Shown here: positions 1-11,630 of the stretch, piece by piece
How positions within the stretch are numbered: the first letter of the stretch is position 1
Layout of the letters: every line of letters starts with the position of its first letter
Assembly (NCBI GenBank): GCA_965112155.1
Contig: OZ218103.1
Reading direction: 5' to 3' (one strand)
DNA length: 64,000 nt
Source of the DNA: Podarcis liolepis
Taxonomy: Eukaryota
The notes under the pieces: generated by a model
What the model saw: only the letters and a program-made list of their open reading frames with translations
What the model was told of the DNA's origin: nothing
Database searches by the model: none
Program-made: the position numbers and the translations under genes

Positions 1-138
1 ACAAGCTAGTAATTTGTGTTCATGGACTTTAATGTACAAAATCTTGAGCCCTAGGCTCAAAGTCATCCTTCTCTGCCACAGTCAGTCACCCTCCTGCTAA
101 TACCAGTTCTGATCCCCATCCTTCCATCTCCAAGGACA

Positions 139-211
139 TGCTTTTATGTACGGTGTCAGCATGTGGTGACAGAAAGTTTACATCACATGCTTCATTGAGT
201 GCAGAAAAGCA
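139..211 (-). promoter_or_regulatory. SECIS element in the 3'UTR of the selenoprotein P paralogue
   Basis: Minus strand reads TGCTTTTCTGCAC TCA ATGA-A GCATGTGATGT AAA CTTTCTGT CACCACATGC T-GA-C ACC GTACATAAAAGCA. This gives an AUGA/GA core (195-192, 157-156), helix II with GCATGTG/CACATGC, apical AAA (179-177) 11 nt above the core, and a lower helix I. Confidence 0.9.
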
Positions 212-701
212 GGAAATGCAAAAATGGGGTCAAAATTGGCTTCTCAAGAAGCTGATTACTATAGCAGCTCTGTGTTCCTGAGGAAAACAATATGGCTTCC
301 TTAGGCAGTCCTCACCACAGAAATGGGGTGTATCTAAAAATCCATCTGAGCCCAAGAGGAACACCACCTTAAGGCTTGGTGGAACAAAACTGGTGGATAT
401 GAGGTTAACTGGGAGATTCAAAATGAGGATAGAAGTCTCATTGTGGACAAGCAGTTAAACTTTCCAATCACATATATGACACAACAAAAGTTTTTGTTGT
501 GTCCTCTGCTATCTGTTGAGAGACCTTGAATGATTAGGGAGTGGAACATTCACTTCCCTTCCCCTGCTGAAAACTGAGCCATCATATTTCTTCCTTCTGA
601 TGCATGTAAGTTTGCCCCCTGGCTCTTCTTAAAAGCTTGCTTAGTGCTAAGTATGCTTATGGCTAACAGTTGGGTGTTGCATACATTGAAGTTTAAATGC
701 T

Positions 702-3700
702 TTATGGGGATTCCCTTGTTTGATGCTTCTGTGAGCGATTCTGAGAGTGGAGAACTGGCTGGTGTGTACTGCTCAAACCCAAGGCTTTATGGTTGCCGAC
801 TCCTCCATGATGTGAATAGTGATGGGCTATGTGCTTGGTGTTAGGTGCTTCTTGGCTTGGCTCATCGTGATGGTACCTGGGTTCTTCCAGGTGCTTCTCT
901 TTGTGTCCAGATGCCTCAGTTGTCGTCACGTTAGTACTTGCTGTCTTATTCACCTGTGAAGGTAATGAAAGATTCTAGTATACAGTGGTACCTCACAAGA
1001 CGAATGCCTCGGAAGATGAAAAACGCGCAAGACGAAAGAGTTTTTCATTTTTTGAGTTGCTTCGCAAGACGAATTTCCCTATGGGCTTGCTTCGCAAGAC
1101 AAAAACGTCTTGCAAGTTTGTTTCCTTTTTCTTAAAACCGCTTGAAGAGGTGCAGTTGCAACTTGACCGTGCTTCGCAAGACGAAAAATCCGCAAGATGA
1201 AAAAACTCGCAGAACAAATTAATTTCGTCTTGCGAGGCACCACTGTACAGATGGGCTTAGGGTGAAGACAGAAACACATTTTTAAAAGTGAAGATGGATG
1301 TATATATCTGAAGTGATCTGCATTCAGCCCTTTTTGACAAAATATGTAAACTTCCAAAATCAACTGAGCTCAGAACAACTGCTACTTTCTGTTTTCAGGA
1401 GAAATTGGCTGTGAAGAATAGTGATTGCCTGGCAGTCACTTAAAAAGTGGTTTTAAAGAATGTGTAAAATAGAAGTTTAAATGAGTAGCCGTGCTGGATG
1501 TTTAGGCATAGAAATGGTTTTTAAAAGCTCAAAGTTTGAGAGGCAAAAAGCTGCACAGGAGTTTAAGCCAAGTATATATCTCTCTCAAAAGACCAGGGAG
1601 GGAAGAAGGTTTGATTTCTCCAGATCAGAAAAACCTGCACCGACTCCTGGAAGGAGATCTGTTTGACTTCACTCTCGGTATGGTCGAAATGGCTTAAAAG
1701 GTATTTATAATATTTTGCTGCATTGGCTATCGGGGCAGCAAAAAACTAAAATAGGTAATACATCAGGGCCCTCCCGCAATCCCACCTTGAGGAATGAACT
1801 TTCAGATCACTGATGGGGCAGGAAGTGACACCACAGGACAAGACAGCAGTTATTATTTCTTCTGTCCAAGGACCAATATGCTCCCATTCATTGGGAACAG
1901 GAAGCACTTCAACCTGACAAATTAAGGGTGTTAATTTATTTTTTTCAATAACTGAGGGCAGACAATGGCTACTGGGTGAGGCTCAAGCAGTACATGATAG
2001 CAGCAGATCCAGGTCTTGCCCCACCATGTGCAAAACAGGAAGGTGGGGTTGACTTTAGAGAAAAGGGGTGCCTGGGTGAGGGGAACCAAACTTTTCCTGC
2101 ACTTGATGCCACACAGCTTCTGTTCCAAAGTGTCTTTCTCCAAGTCAATCTCACTTTTAGTATCTGGACTCAACTGGGGAGAAAAGCACTTGGGGGAGGG
2201 CAGTGTGAGAAGCTGAAAGTGGGGGGGGGGCTTAGCATGTCCTCCCACCTGGGTTCTCCTGGACCCCTCCACGCAACACTATCTGTAACTGCGGCAGACC
2301 TGGTGTCTCCATCTGCAATTTGCTTCTGAGATTTTTATTTCAAGATGGTTTACTTCCTGCTTTGTGGTATCTCAACATCCTTTCTCCTTGCTTGGCTGTA
2401 GTGGCCCAATATAATAAAACCCTCCCTTCCACCTTCTCCTCCCACATCCCTGCTGTAAGACCGATTTGATCAGAAACCTAGAATTCCCAGGCAGAAGTTC
2501 AGGATGGGCAAATGAGGAAATGTCTGGCTTAAATAAAATAGTTGAAAAGGAAGTTGATGAGGGGATTCAAGTCCCTACCTCCTGGCTGCTGTTAGAGGGG
2601 TACCAGGAACAATTGCCACAGTAGTCTTTGCTGTGTGTGTACCGCACGGCTGCTTCAACATAGGGCAAGTGCAGAAAACTGTATGGCAGCTGGATGTGGA
2701 AAGCCAGCCTGCTGCACCTGCAAAGCCCGAGAGCCATGAAACAGATGGACATAAAGTTAGTGTCAGGAGAGTCTGTAATCCACTAATTTACACTGGAAAT
2801 GAATCTACCCTGGCCTGAAGAATCTGGTTTTCCTCACCAACAGTTGTGAGACATGATGGTAAAGAGAAACACTTACATCATGGTATGTCCTTTCTTTCCA
2901 GATGTGTCCTCAAACAGACTTTTTGATAATGTATTCAAGAATCCTGAATTCCATATATCTTACTTTCCTTCCTTCTGCCCAGGCCTGCAGACCCCCATTG
3001 GCCTCCCATCAGCAGCTGCCTACGGAGCACCCTCTTCTGCCCCCGCTAGTGCTGCTGATGGGATCCCTGCTGGTGGCAGCAGGGACTTTCGGCAGCCAAG
3101 GAAGGAGCTGGACTGAGCCGCCCTGCAGTTCACTGGATCCTGTGATGGTCCCACTGCCAGAACTGGGCTTCTTCCAGGCTCAATTGCTGCACCAGCTCCA
3201 AGCTGGCTCAGTGATCTGCCTTCCCTCCCTTCTGCCCCGGCTGCTATGCACAGCAGTGGCCCTGACTCTCCAAAACCCTATCAGTCTGGGTGGGGAGTTA
3301 GAATTGCTCCCTTAAGCACTGACCTGTCATAGATCAGGAAGTCATCCTTGTCCCCATCTAGAATTTGCCAGACGTCAGGCTCCAGAATCTGCTGCTGGTA
3401 AACAGGGACTCCCTCTGGGGCATGCCGTTTGAGCTCCCAGTACATGGCCCTGGAGAAAGGAGTCTTCTCATTCACAATCATGAAGCTGACATTGGTCACT
3501 CCTTCAAGTGACAGCTTCCTCTGCAAGCTGCCAAGGCTGGTGGGTAGGAAGAACAAGCGACGTTTAGGAAATGAGGTGCACAGATATAGGTTCCAGCCCT
3601 TGCCCTCTGCACATACCATGTGGGATATGAGCCTGCACTGCTGGACGGAGGCCCCTTCATTTATCAGTTCACTGGACTTGCCATTACAGCAGTTCCTGCT

Positions 3701-4392
3701 ACATAGATCCGGCAATAAGTTACATGATACATATTATACTTGAGCTGTAATTCACCAGGAAAATTGCATCCACCATCTATATGCGTGTTATATCTGGCCT
3801 GCTGTACCCCAGGCCTCAATTTTTGATTGCTGAACTGGAGCTTATAAACAATCAGTTCAGTTCTGTGTTTCCTGGTAGAAAGCTTAGGGACAAAGATGTG
3901 ACCTTTGTCCCTAAGCTGTGATATTGCCACTGAACACCAGATACAGGGTTCCAACACATATCTGACTTTCTAGTCACATCCAGACCATCTTTTTAAAGCA
4001 TGTGACTTTCCCCAAAGCATTATGGGAACTGTGATTTACCCCCTCAGAGAGCTATAGTTCCCAGCACTCTTAAACTGCGGTTCCCATGACTCTTTGGGGA
4101 AAGCCATGTGCGTCAAATGTATGGTGTGGCTGCGACCTAACAGCCCCTGACTCAGGCAACCTTCTCTATGAACTCACCTGGCGGCCTGCTTGAGACAGAA
4201 CTGTCAGCTGGCTTTCAACAGTGCCACCACTGTCACTTGGCCCTCCATCCCAGCCATGGGGGCCACCCCATTGATCTTCCAGAGTGGTGCAGGCTGGCAT
4301 ATTCGGGTCCTGTTCTCAGCCACGTCTGCCAGCGTAGCAGCAATTGCCAGGAGCAGCAGCAAGGTTGTTGTGGCTAGGGCTGAATAGCCCAT
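702..4392 (-). CDS. SELENOP2: Selenoprotein P paralogue (SELENOP2 / SelPb type), 272 aa, one selenocysteine; 4 coding exons: 4178-4392, 3324-3536, 2579-2717, 702-953
   Basis: Spliced translation: signal peptide MGYSALATTTLLLLLAIAATLA, then ...GQVTVVALLKAS-U-QFCLKQAAS|LGSLQRKL...DVWQILDGDKDDFLIYDR|CSRLAFHIQLPYSFLHLPYVEAAV...CGNC...|His-rich tail, TAA at 702-704. This matches the selenoprotein P N-terminal domain (UxxC, DDFLIYDRC, CGNC). All junctions are GT-AG, phases 2/2/0, total 819 nt. An acceptor at 4413-4414 implies an unlocated 5' non-coding exon. Confidence 0.93.
983..1245. mobile_element. Non-autonomous Tc1/mariner (Tigger/pogo-like) MITE
   Basis: TIRs cagtggtacctc...gaggcaccactg flanked by TA on both sides; internal repeats of gcaagacgaa; near-identical family member in opposite orientation at 36068-36363. 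Confidence 0.85.
3975..4135. mobile_element. Palindromic MITE-like element in a SELENOP2 intron
   Basis: Imperfect inverted arms (cacatccagaccat...ctttccccaaag...gggaact / gttccc...ctttgggggaaag...atggtgtggctgcg); boundaries approximate. Confidence 0.5.
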
Positions 4393-5539
4393 CCTGGCCA
4401 CCTCCCTTCAGCCTAAAGTAGAAGAGAGAAGCTTAAGACCATAAGATCTTCCCTCAGCAGGGAAGGGGGGAAAATAATGAATATGATATGTTTTGATAAT
4501 TTGTTATGTTGAAATTGTTAATAAAAAAACTTCCCTCAACAGGCCAGATGCAGCCTTTAAGTCTCAGAAGACTTTTTTTCCTTAGTAAACATAGATAAGA
4601 TTGTCCTACATGGATGCCCTAGTGCCCTGTATTTGAAAGTGACAGTAATGGATGCTTAAAGACACACTCACATATCAGCTGCCCAGAATTTCAGCTACAG
4701 CAAGGGTTGTTGCTATCCTGTGGCCCTCTGGATATTGTTGCAGTACAACTCCCAGCATGGTCATTAAGAACATATGAAGAGACCTGCTGGATCAGACCAA
4801 AGGCTCATCTAGTCCAGCATCCTGTTCTCACAGTGGCCATCCAGATGCCTAGTGCCACAGCACTCCCTCTATTTGTGGTTCCCATTGACTGGTATGCAGA
4901 GGTGTCTCGGACACTGGAGGTATCTATCATATCTAGTGGTTATGAATAGCCCTGCCCTCCATGAATTTGTCTAATCCTCCTGTCTTGCCAAAGGCAAGGT
5001 GGTTCTTTTAAAATCAGATTCAGAAGCAATACAAAATACACAGGTGAGCGAGAAGTTTAAAGATTTTATTCTAAAACAGCAAGAAGGGATACATATACCA
5101 AGCAAGCACTTCAATCTGCCACTTGGAAGCCCCCAAGAAGTGGCGAAGCGACTCCCCCAGGTACCCTCAGTTTGCATGACCCTGTGGCCAATCAGTCCGT
5201 GCATGAGCTTCAAACAAACTCTGCCCAAACTGTCCGATATTATAGACAACCTGTGTGGCTTCCAAGACTGGCTATGTGCAGCATCCATTAACCACCCCAC
5301 CTTCCCATTAACCACCTTCCCAAGGCCTCACTTTCTCAAAACAATGTCTGGACCATCAAAGAAGGTACCCAGAATTATCCTCCACAACTGATGAAGGCAG
5401 CTGTGTGTGGGGCTTCACCTCCTCTCAAAGTTCTCAGGACATTAAAGACTGTTCTCACAGCATCAAAACAATTAACAAGAGCAAGGGAGGGGGAAGGAAC
5501 AGAGGCAGGAAGGGTAACCGTGTCAGATCACTAACTCCT

Positions 5540-5918
5540 CAATACATTTTGTTTTCCAGATGCACCTCCAAAATAGTGGCTATCTCCACATCCTGTGAGA
5601 GCAAGTACTTATATAGTACTTCTTTTTGTCCGCCCTGAATTTTCCAATATTCAGCTTCATTGGAAGGCCTAATATTCTGGAAGACAGAGAACAGCTTCTC
5701 TCCACCCACGTTCTCCATGCCATGCATAATTGTAGACATCACTATCATGTCCCTACCTTATACACCTTTTTTCTAATCTGGAAATCCCTAAATGTTGTAA
5801 CCTTTCCTCATAAGACGGTTGTACCAGCCCTTTGATCATTTTAGTTACCCTTGCCTTTTCTGAAAGTTTTCCAACTCTACAGAATATATTTTTAGGGGAG
5901 GTGACCTGAATGGTACAC
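5540..5918 (-). mobile_element. Degenerate CR1-like LINE fragment
   Basis: Minus-strand ORF remnants with CR1 ORF2 C-terminal-like words (KMIKGLVQPSYEERLQHLGISRLEKR; IMHGMENVGGEKLF); boundaries approximate. Confidence 0.65.
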
Positions 5919-5926
5919 AGTATGCC

Positions 5927-6060
5927 CAGTGCTTTTTTTTCTAGAAACCTAGGTGCTGGTACCATGAAGTTGTTACAGTAAGTGCCACACTTTTTAACAA
6001 CAACAAAAGGAGGTGCTGGTACTGCGTACCCTTGAGTATCCCCTGGGGAAAAAAGCAACG
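5927..6060. mobile_element. hAT-type MITE with 8-bp TSD
   Basis: Starts cagtgctttttttt, ends aaaaaagcaacg; exact duplication agtatgcc at 5919-5926 and 6061-6068. Confidence 0.75.
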
Positions 6061-8680
6061 AGTATGCCTAGTACTGTGTTGTCCCAACATAATTTGATGA
6101 GCAGATAGGGCCAAGGAAGGAGTCTGGCAGCCAAGCACTCTGGTTTGGCAGACAATGGTAAAGACAACACAATCTGGACTGAAACATGCCTCAAGCAGAA
6201 AGTGGGATCTAAAAATGAATGCAAGCAAATATCTAGACCAGACAAAAGCAATCAGGTAAGCCACAGGCCACAATGCAATTCACATACGTTAAGACACATA
6301 TAGGCACCCTATTGCTTTTAAAGGATATTGGCTCCATTTTACAAGTGGGGCACTATATGAGTCAGATAACCATGGGAGAGAATGCACAAAAAGTTAAACA
6401 TTAATAAAGAGTGTGCCTCTGAGCATATTCAGAGTAATTGCCCATGCTGCTTAGCAGCTGCAGCTTCCCCTTCCTCCCTGCACTTAGAATTTAGGAATAG
6501 TGTGCATCTGAGCATATGTTTTTCACTTGTTACTAAACAACTGCAGTTTTCCTTTCCCTATACTTTTATAAATACAAAGCAGGGGTGATGATGTGATGGC
6601 ATGTTTCCTACATAGATGAACGCTCCAGTATAAGTTTTGCTAGAAATTAAGAACTGTTCAAAAAGCAAAGAGGGGGGAAAGCACTGTCTTCCTCTGTTGT
6701 CAGCAAACTAAAAGCAGAGAATTCTCATGTGCAGCTTACGCAACAAACTGTATTCCTAACCCAGAGCCCCCTGTTTATTGACATTCATCCTGGTTTGCTT
6801 GCACAAAGCTTACACCAAAGTTACACTTTAGCTAGTCTTTGCTGAGTATTCATTCTGATTTGTTTGCAGGGTAGTTAGTTATATGACAATTAGCATCCAT
6901 TCAGATTTGCTTGCAGGGTGTTTATACGTCTTCCCATTAGTCATTTGCTCATTGCACATGTTTTCAGTGCATTTCCCCATCACTTTCCAAACTGCAAAAA
7001 GTCTGGTGTTTTTGTGTGAAGTGGATTTGTTGCCCAGAATCCTTTAATCTGCTTTAACTGTGCAAATCTAAATTTCCAGCATGTATTTGCATCCCTTCTG
7101 CAGGATAGTGAAAGTCCGGAATCACTGTTAGTTTCTCCCCCACATTTTTTTACAGCTCTGGCTGCATTAACATCTAATGCTAAGCAAAGCCATAGTTTAT
7201 TGTGAACTGGCTGCTGGGGGAAAGATTACAGCCGCCCCTCTGTGGCCCCTTTAGCTCAGTGGGGTGCAGCACCAAAGCGAAGGGTGGCTTAGTGAGTTGT
7301 CTGAACTTGGGATACTGATTAAGCTCTTGCCTCCTTAACAATCATCTACAGTATTTGTTACTGGCTACATATTGCAGCTTAGCTACCCAGCTTAGCTACC
7401 CAACTGAGCTAAAAAGCCTGGGGAGTAACAAAGCAGGTGAAAGCTCCTCTCTGGGAGCCAGCCTGTTTTGCACAGTTCTGGTGAGCCACACATATTAATC
7501 ACATGGATGAAATCTCAGCAAGAGTCTTGTTGCTTTCCAATACACTGGTTAGAAACGGACACACACCCAAGCCTTGTTAAACTTGTAAAAACAAGCCACA
7601 GAAACCCAGCATGATTCAGCCACACCACCCTAATCTCTCAATAAAAATAGTTATTTAGAAAGCCCTTGTTGATCCCAGAAAGTGGCAAAACAGGGAAGGC
7701 AACGCCTTTGGTTGGACCAAATCTTGGCAGGATATTCCCCTCCCCTATTTGTCCTCTGGAACAGGGTCCAAGCTTTTGAGTCAATCATCAGAAGAAGGCG
7801 CTTGCATTCTAAAGCTGGTCACAACGTCCCCGTCATCCTCTGCTTGCCACCACACAGGCTGTGTGCAATTCCCTCCCATATACTCCTCAGCCTTGGGGTG
7901 GTGGTAGTAGTAGATTAGGAACAGCTCAGAGATCAGATAATGCTTATCTTGGCAAGATTCAAAACCTCTCACAGTCTCACCCACAAAAGGTGGTTCAGTC
8001 AAAGGTGATTTGACACCTTGCCAATGTTGGGCCTCTCAGGAATCCACCAAGACTTTGTTCTAGGAAGCAGTAGCACAACTTTACCTTCCTTGTTTGGAAC
8101 CTTTCTGCTCTAACTTCATTGTGATAAATATTTCTCATGAGCCTCCAAAGCACCAGCTATATCGACCAACTGCAGAAATGGAACTTAATAGACATTGCCA
8201 CCCCCCTTCCCAACAAGTCTGCGCCAAGAATTCCCACCAGGTGATACTCTGCCTTTTCTCAGGTGACTCCAGCTGTTGTTCTACTCCAATCTATGACAGT
8301 CTTGCTGTAGCTCTGTTCTCTCTGATCTCTTATCCCCAGGCTGGCTGTGGCATACTTTATCTCTCATTCAAGGTCTCTCCACCCAGAAGGGGCTGGGAGA
8401 GAGGAGGTGCTTGGCTGGGGGCTAGATACACAGATGTCATTGAAGAATTTCAGAGCAGCATGAATTGCGTTCACCACTGCCATACACCCAGCGGTACTTG
8501 TTTTTCATTCAAAGACATCCCATTCAGGAACTGAAGAAATACCATGCAGTACCAGGCCAGGAACACTGGAAAGCATTATGCTCTTGGAAGAAGACAGGAC
8601 TGCATCCTGGCAGATTTCAGTTGCATTGAGGAATACATTACTGGTATTGCTATAAAGCAAAAGGAAGCAATTGTTACAGG

Positions 8681-8816
8681 CAGTGCTATTTTTCTAGAAA
8701 AAGAAGTGCCGGAACTCACCATGAATGCCTCCATTGTTCTCTTATCATGGCAACGGTGTCCGCCTGAAAGATGCTGGAACTGAGTTCCGGTGAGTTCTGG
8801 ATGAAAATAAGCTCTG
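8681..8816. mobile_element. hAT-type MITE with 8-bp TSD (related to 5927-6060)
   Basis: TIRs cagtgctatttt...aaaataagctctg; exact duplication gttacagg at 8673-8680 and 8817-8824. Confidence 0.8.
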
Positions 8817-8929
8817 GTTACAGGCAACAGATTCCAAAAGAGACAAATTGTCCCCACTCAACTTGCATTACTGTGATGGGGTGATATATGTTGACTTTTT
8901 GCTTTAGATGAAAAATTATTTTAAGATTA

Positions 8930-9312
8930 GTAGGTAAAGATAAAAGGTAAAGGGCCGCTGGATGGTTAAGTCCAGTCAAAGGCAACTATGGGGTTGTGGT
9001 GCTCATCTCACTTTCAGGCCGAGGGAACTAGCGTTTGTCCACAGACAACTTTCCGAGTCATTTGACCAGCATGACTAAACTGCTTCTAGTGCAACACAAC
9101 ACTGTGATGAAAGCCAGAGTGCACGGAAACACTGTTTACCTTCCTGCCGCAGCGGTACATATTTATCTATTTGCACTGGTGTGATTTGAACTGCTAGGTT
9201 GGCAGAAGCTGGGACAGAGCAACAGGAGCTCACCCCATCGAGCAGATTCAAACTGCCGACCTTCAAATTGGCAAGAGGCTCAGTGGTTTAGACCACAGTG
9301 CCACCCGCGTCC
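8930..9312 (-). mobile_element. Sauria-type SINE, near full length
   Basis: Minus strand starts GGACGCGGGTGGCACTGTGGTCTAAACCACTGAGCC and ends in a (TTTACC)-like tail; second truncated copy at 63117-63305. Confidence 0.8.
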
Positions 9313-10535
9313 AACTAATAGGACTGGTACAGCATGATGGGATATCCACGAGTATATGAAAAACAGTTCCTTTGAGTTTCCAATTCAGGCATGAACTCCC
9401 TAATATTCCTACTCTAAAGTATATGAGAGGACAGATTTGACAATGAGCAGTCAACTATGGGGTTGGAGCAAATTTAACTGAATGTGAACTGACATGAGAG
9501 AACCTGGGTGGAAAACTGGTTTTCTGCGATAATAAAAGTGAATTGATTGAGTGATGTGAGGTACAAGTGAAATAGAGTTCCTCTGAACATGTGCAGAACA
9601 CCTCTGCCTTGCAAGAGAGAAGCTGTCATGTATAATACATTTTGAAACAGGATTTCCTGAGCAGATTATATGGCTTCCAGACTGCCCCTTAAGGCCCCGT
9701 ACTCATGTTACCCCAACAACGTTGGAAGTGCTGCAGTGCTGCTCCTTCTTGCATTGCTGGGGTAACAGTGAGAAGCCCAGACCATGAATAACAAAGCCCA
9801 CATCACAGCTTCTTCCTGTGCCAATGCTAACCATTAAGATACACTTTTGTACCACGCAGGAGTGGTGCTGGTGAAGATCCCATACCAGCAGAGTAACGTA
9901 AGAACCTAGAAATTATGTCCTGTCCCCATTTTCTTGCCAGGTTTCTGTACAACTAGTACCTACAGGCCATTCCCAATCAACCCCCGCCCCCAAGTATTGG
10001 CCTTCTCCAAATCTATACCTTTCCAGCAGTACACACGCACTCTTTTCCCTCACAATAGTCCCCACCCCACTTTAGAAGCCCTGAAGGGAGAGAAAAGTAT
10101 TTCCCAAGATCTGATAAAGACACATGCAGACCTGCTTTACCTGGAGCTGGGAGTAGAGAGTGCAGCTGAGTGGGACACAGTTGAGGGCAGCCTGAGGAAC
10201 TCCCATTCACCTTGGATCTGCAATTCTCTGAGAGGCTAGGTTGATTTCTGAGGTTTCCAGGAACTCTTCTCGTTGTGAAACTTTTGTTGGTGAGCTGAGA
10301 GTTTGTTTTGACCCTGGGTGCTGAGAGGGATGGTGTTGTCAGAAGGAAAATGCATTGATATGGATTTAAATATAATGGTAACTTTCTATTAATGTAACAT
10401 TTTTATGTGTATTTTTGTAATATTTTGTTTTGTCTGCTGTTGCTGTTTCAGCTTATTGTAAACCGTTTAAGAGATATTTTAAATAAGCAGCACAAAAATT
10501 AAATAATCAGTCATCATCATCAACATCATAAAGTA

Positions 10536-10752
10536 CAGTGGTACCTCAGGTTAAGTACTTAATTCGTTCCGGAGGTCTGTACTTACCTGAAACTGTTCTT
10601 AACCTGAAGCACCACTTTAGCTAATGGGGCCTCCTGCTGCCGCTGCAGCACGATTTCTGTTCTCATTCTGAAGCAAAGTTCTTAACCTGAGGTAATATTT
10701 CTGGGTTAGCGGAGTCTGTAACCTGAAGCGTATGTAACCCGAAGTACCACTG
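10536..10752. mobile_element. Tigger/pogo-like MITE
   Basis: TA|cagtggtacctc ... gaagtaccactg|TA. Confidence 0.85.
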
Positions 10753-11069
10753 TATGCCATTTCCTTGTGCCTTTCCACTGAAATCTAAAACCGTTATGTG
10801 TGTGAGAAAAGGGGAGGTTCGATCTAAAGGCCTGTTCTTAAAAATACTTTCAGGATTGAACTGCAAAGCTCCTCCTCACATCAAAAATAAAAATAACAGC
10901 GAGTCTTCAAGCGCTGCAAATACTTAACAAGGCTGCTCACCCAGTGGTGGCGGTATGAAAGAAATGTATTTTAAGAACATTCCTTGGGATTTTTTAAATA
11001 AAATAATTGTAGCACAAAACAGTGTTAACAACAAAGGTAAAATAAACGCTCTTGGTTGTTGTTTTTGGG

Positions 11070-11340
11070 GGGGGCGGAGGGGGAATGGCGTTGTAGGAAA
11101 GGAGATTGCGGCTCCGGTATACGCAGCCCACTGAACGGCTGATAAGCGTAGCAATTGCCTTTGCTTAGGACCTGCGAGCCGGTGGAAGATGTTGGCGTAG
11201 CCCCACGTGCGCCCTGGAGACACTCGCCTTCCGCTTCCGACCGCGTGTTGCGGAGCCCCTCCTTGCGGGAGATTCAAGTCAGCGGCGGGAGGAGGAGTTC
11301 CGGCGCCTGCCTGCCTGCTACGTGAAAGTCACTTTCGCAT
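11070..11340 (+). promoter_or_regulatory. CpG-rich promoter / probable non-coding first exon of HPDL
   Basis: Local CpG cluster (ggggcgg GC box, cttccgcttccg ETS-like, many CG) about 500 bp upstream of the HPDL ORF in otherwise CpG-poor DNA. Confidence 0.6.
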
Positions 11341-11630
11341 GAGGAATCAAAGACACACGGCAGATAAGCTTTCACTCAGGAGGCCTGAGGCAAGATCTAA
11401 AGGGGGAAGAGAGGGAAAAGATAGACTCTGCAGCTAGGCAGAGAGTCAAGGAGAAACGTGCCGATATCTGGGGGAGGGGTAGATTCCCCGCCCCCTTTGA
11501 CCTGGATTCCTTTGATTTTTCAGGCACATGTCAGCCGAAGGGAGGTGGCACAGAGCTGCCTCCTCCTCCTCCTCCTGCCCCCCTACAAAACCTGGAGGCT
11601 CTAACAGAACAGGCCCCTGTTCCCATCCAG

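Noticed and set aside
42-66. Second ATGA-led hairpin in the SELENOP2 3'UTR (ATGAC T TTGAGCC TAG GGCTCAA GAT on minus) as a second SECIS
   Set aside because: Stem is only 7 bp with a 3-nt loop, there are no apical adenines, and the GA is out of register for the quartet.
938-1363. Cluster of short ORFs similar to the ORF at 36202-36651
   Set aside because: The similarity comes from two copies of the same MITE; there are no transposase motifs.
4204-4206. TGA as a premature stop making the gene a pseudogene
   Set aside because: It sits at the conserved Sec position, all downstream exons are open and in phase, and a SECIS is present.
6700-6960. Liver-type factor motifs (tgtttattgac, caaagtta, repeated gatttg(t/c)ttgcagggt) as the SELENOP2 promoter
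   Set aside because: Short motifs that arise by chance; no first exon or donor could be fixed without transcript data.
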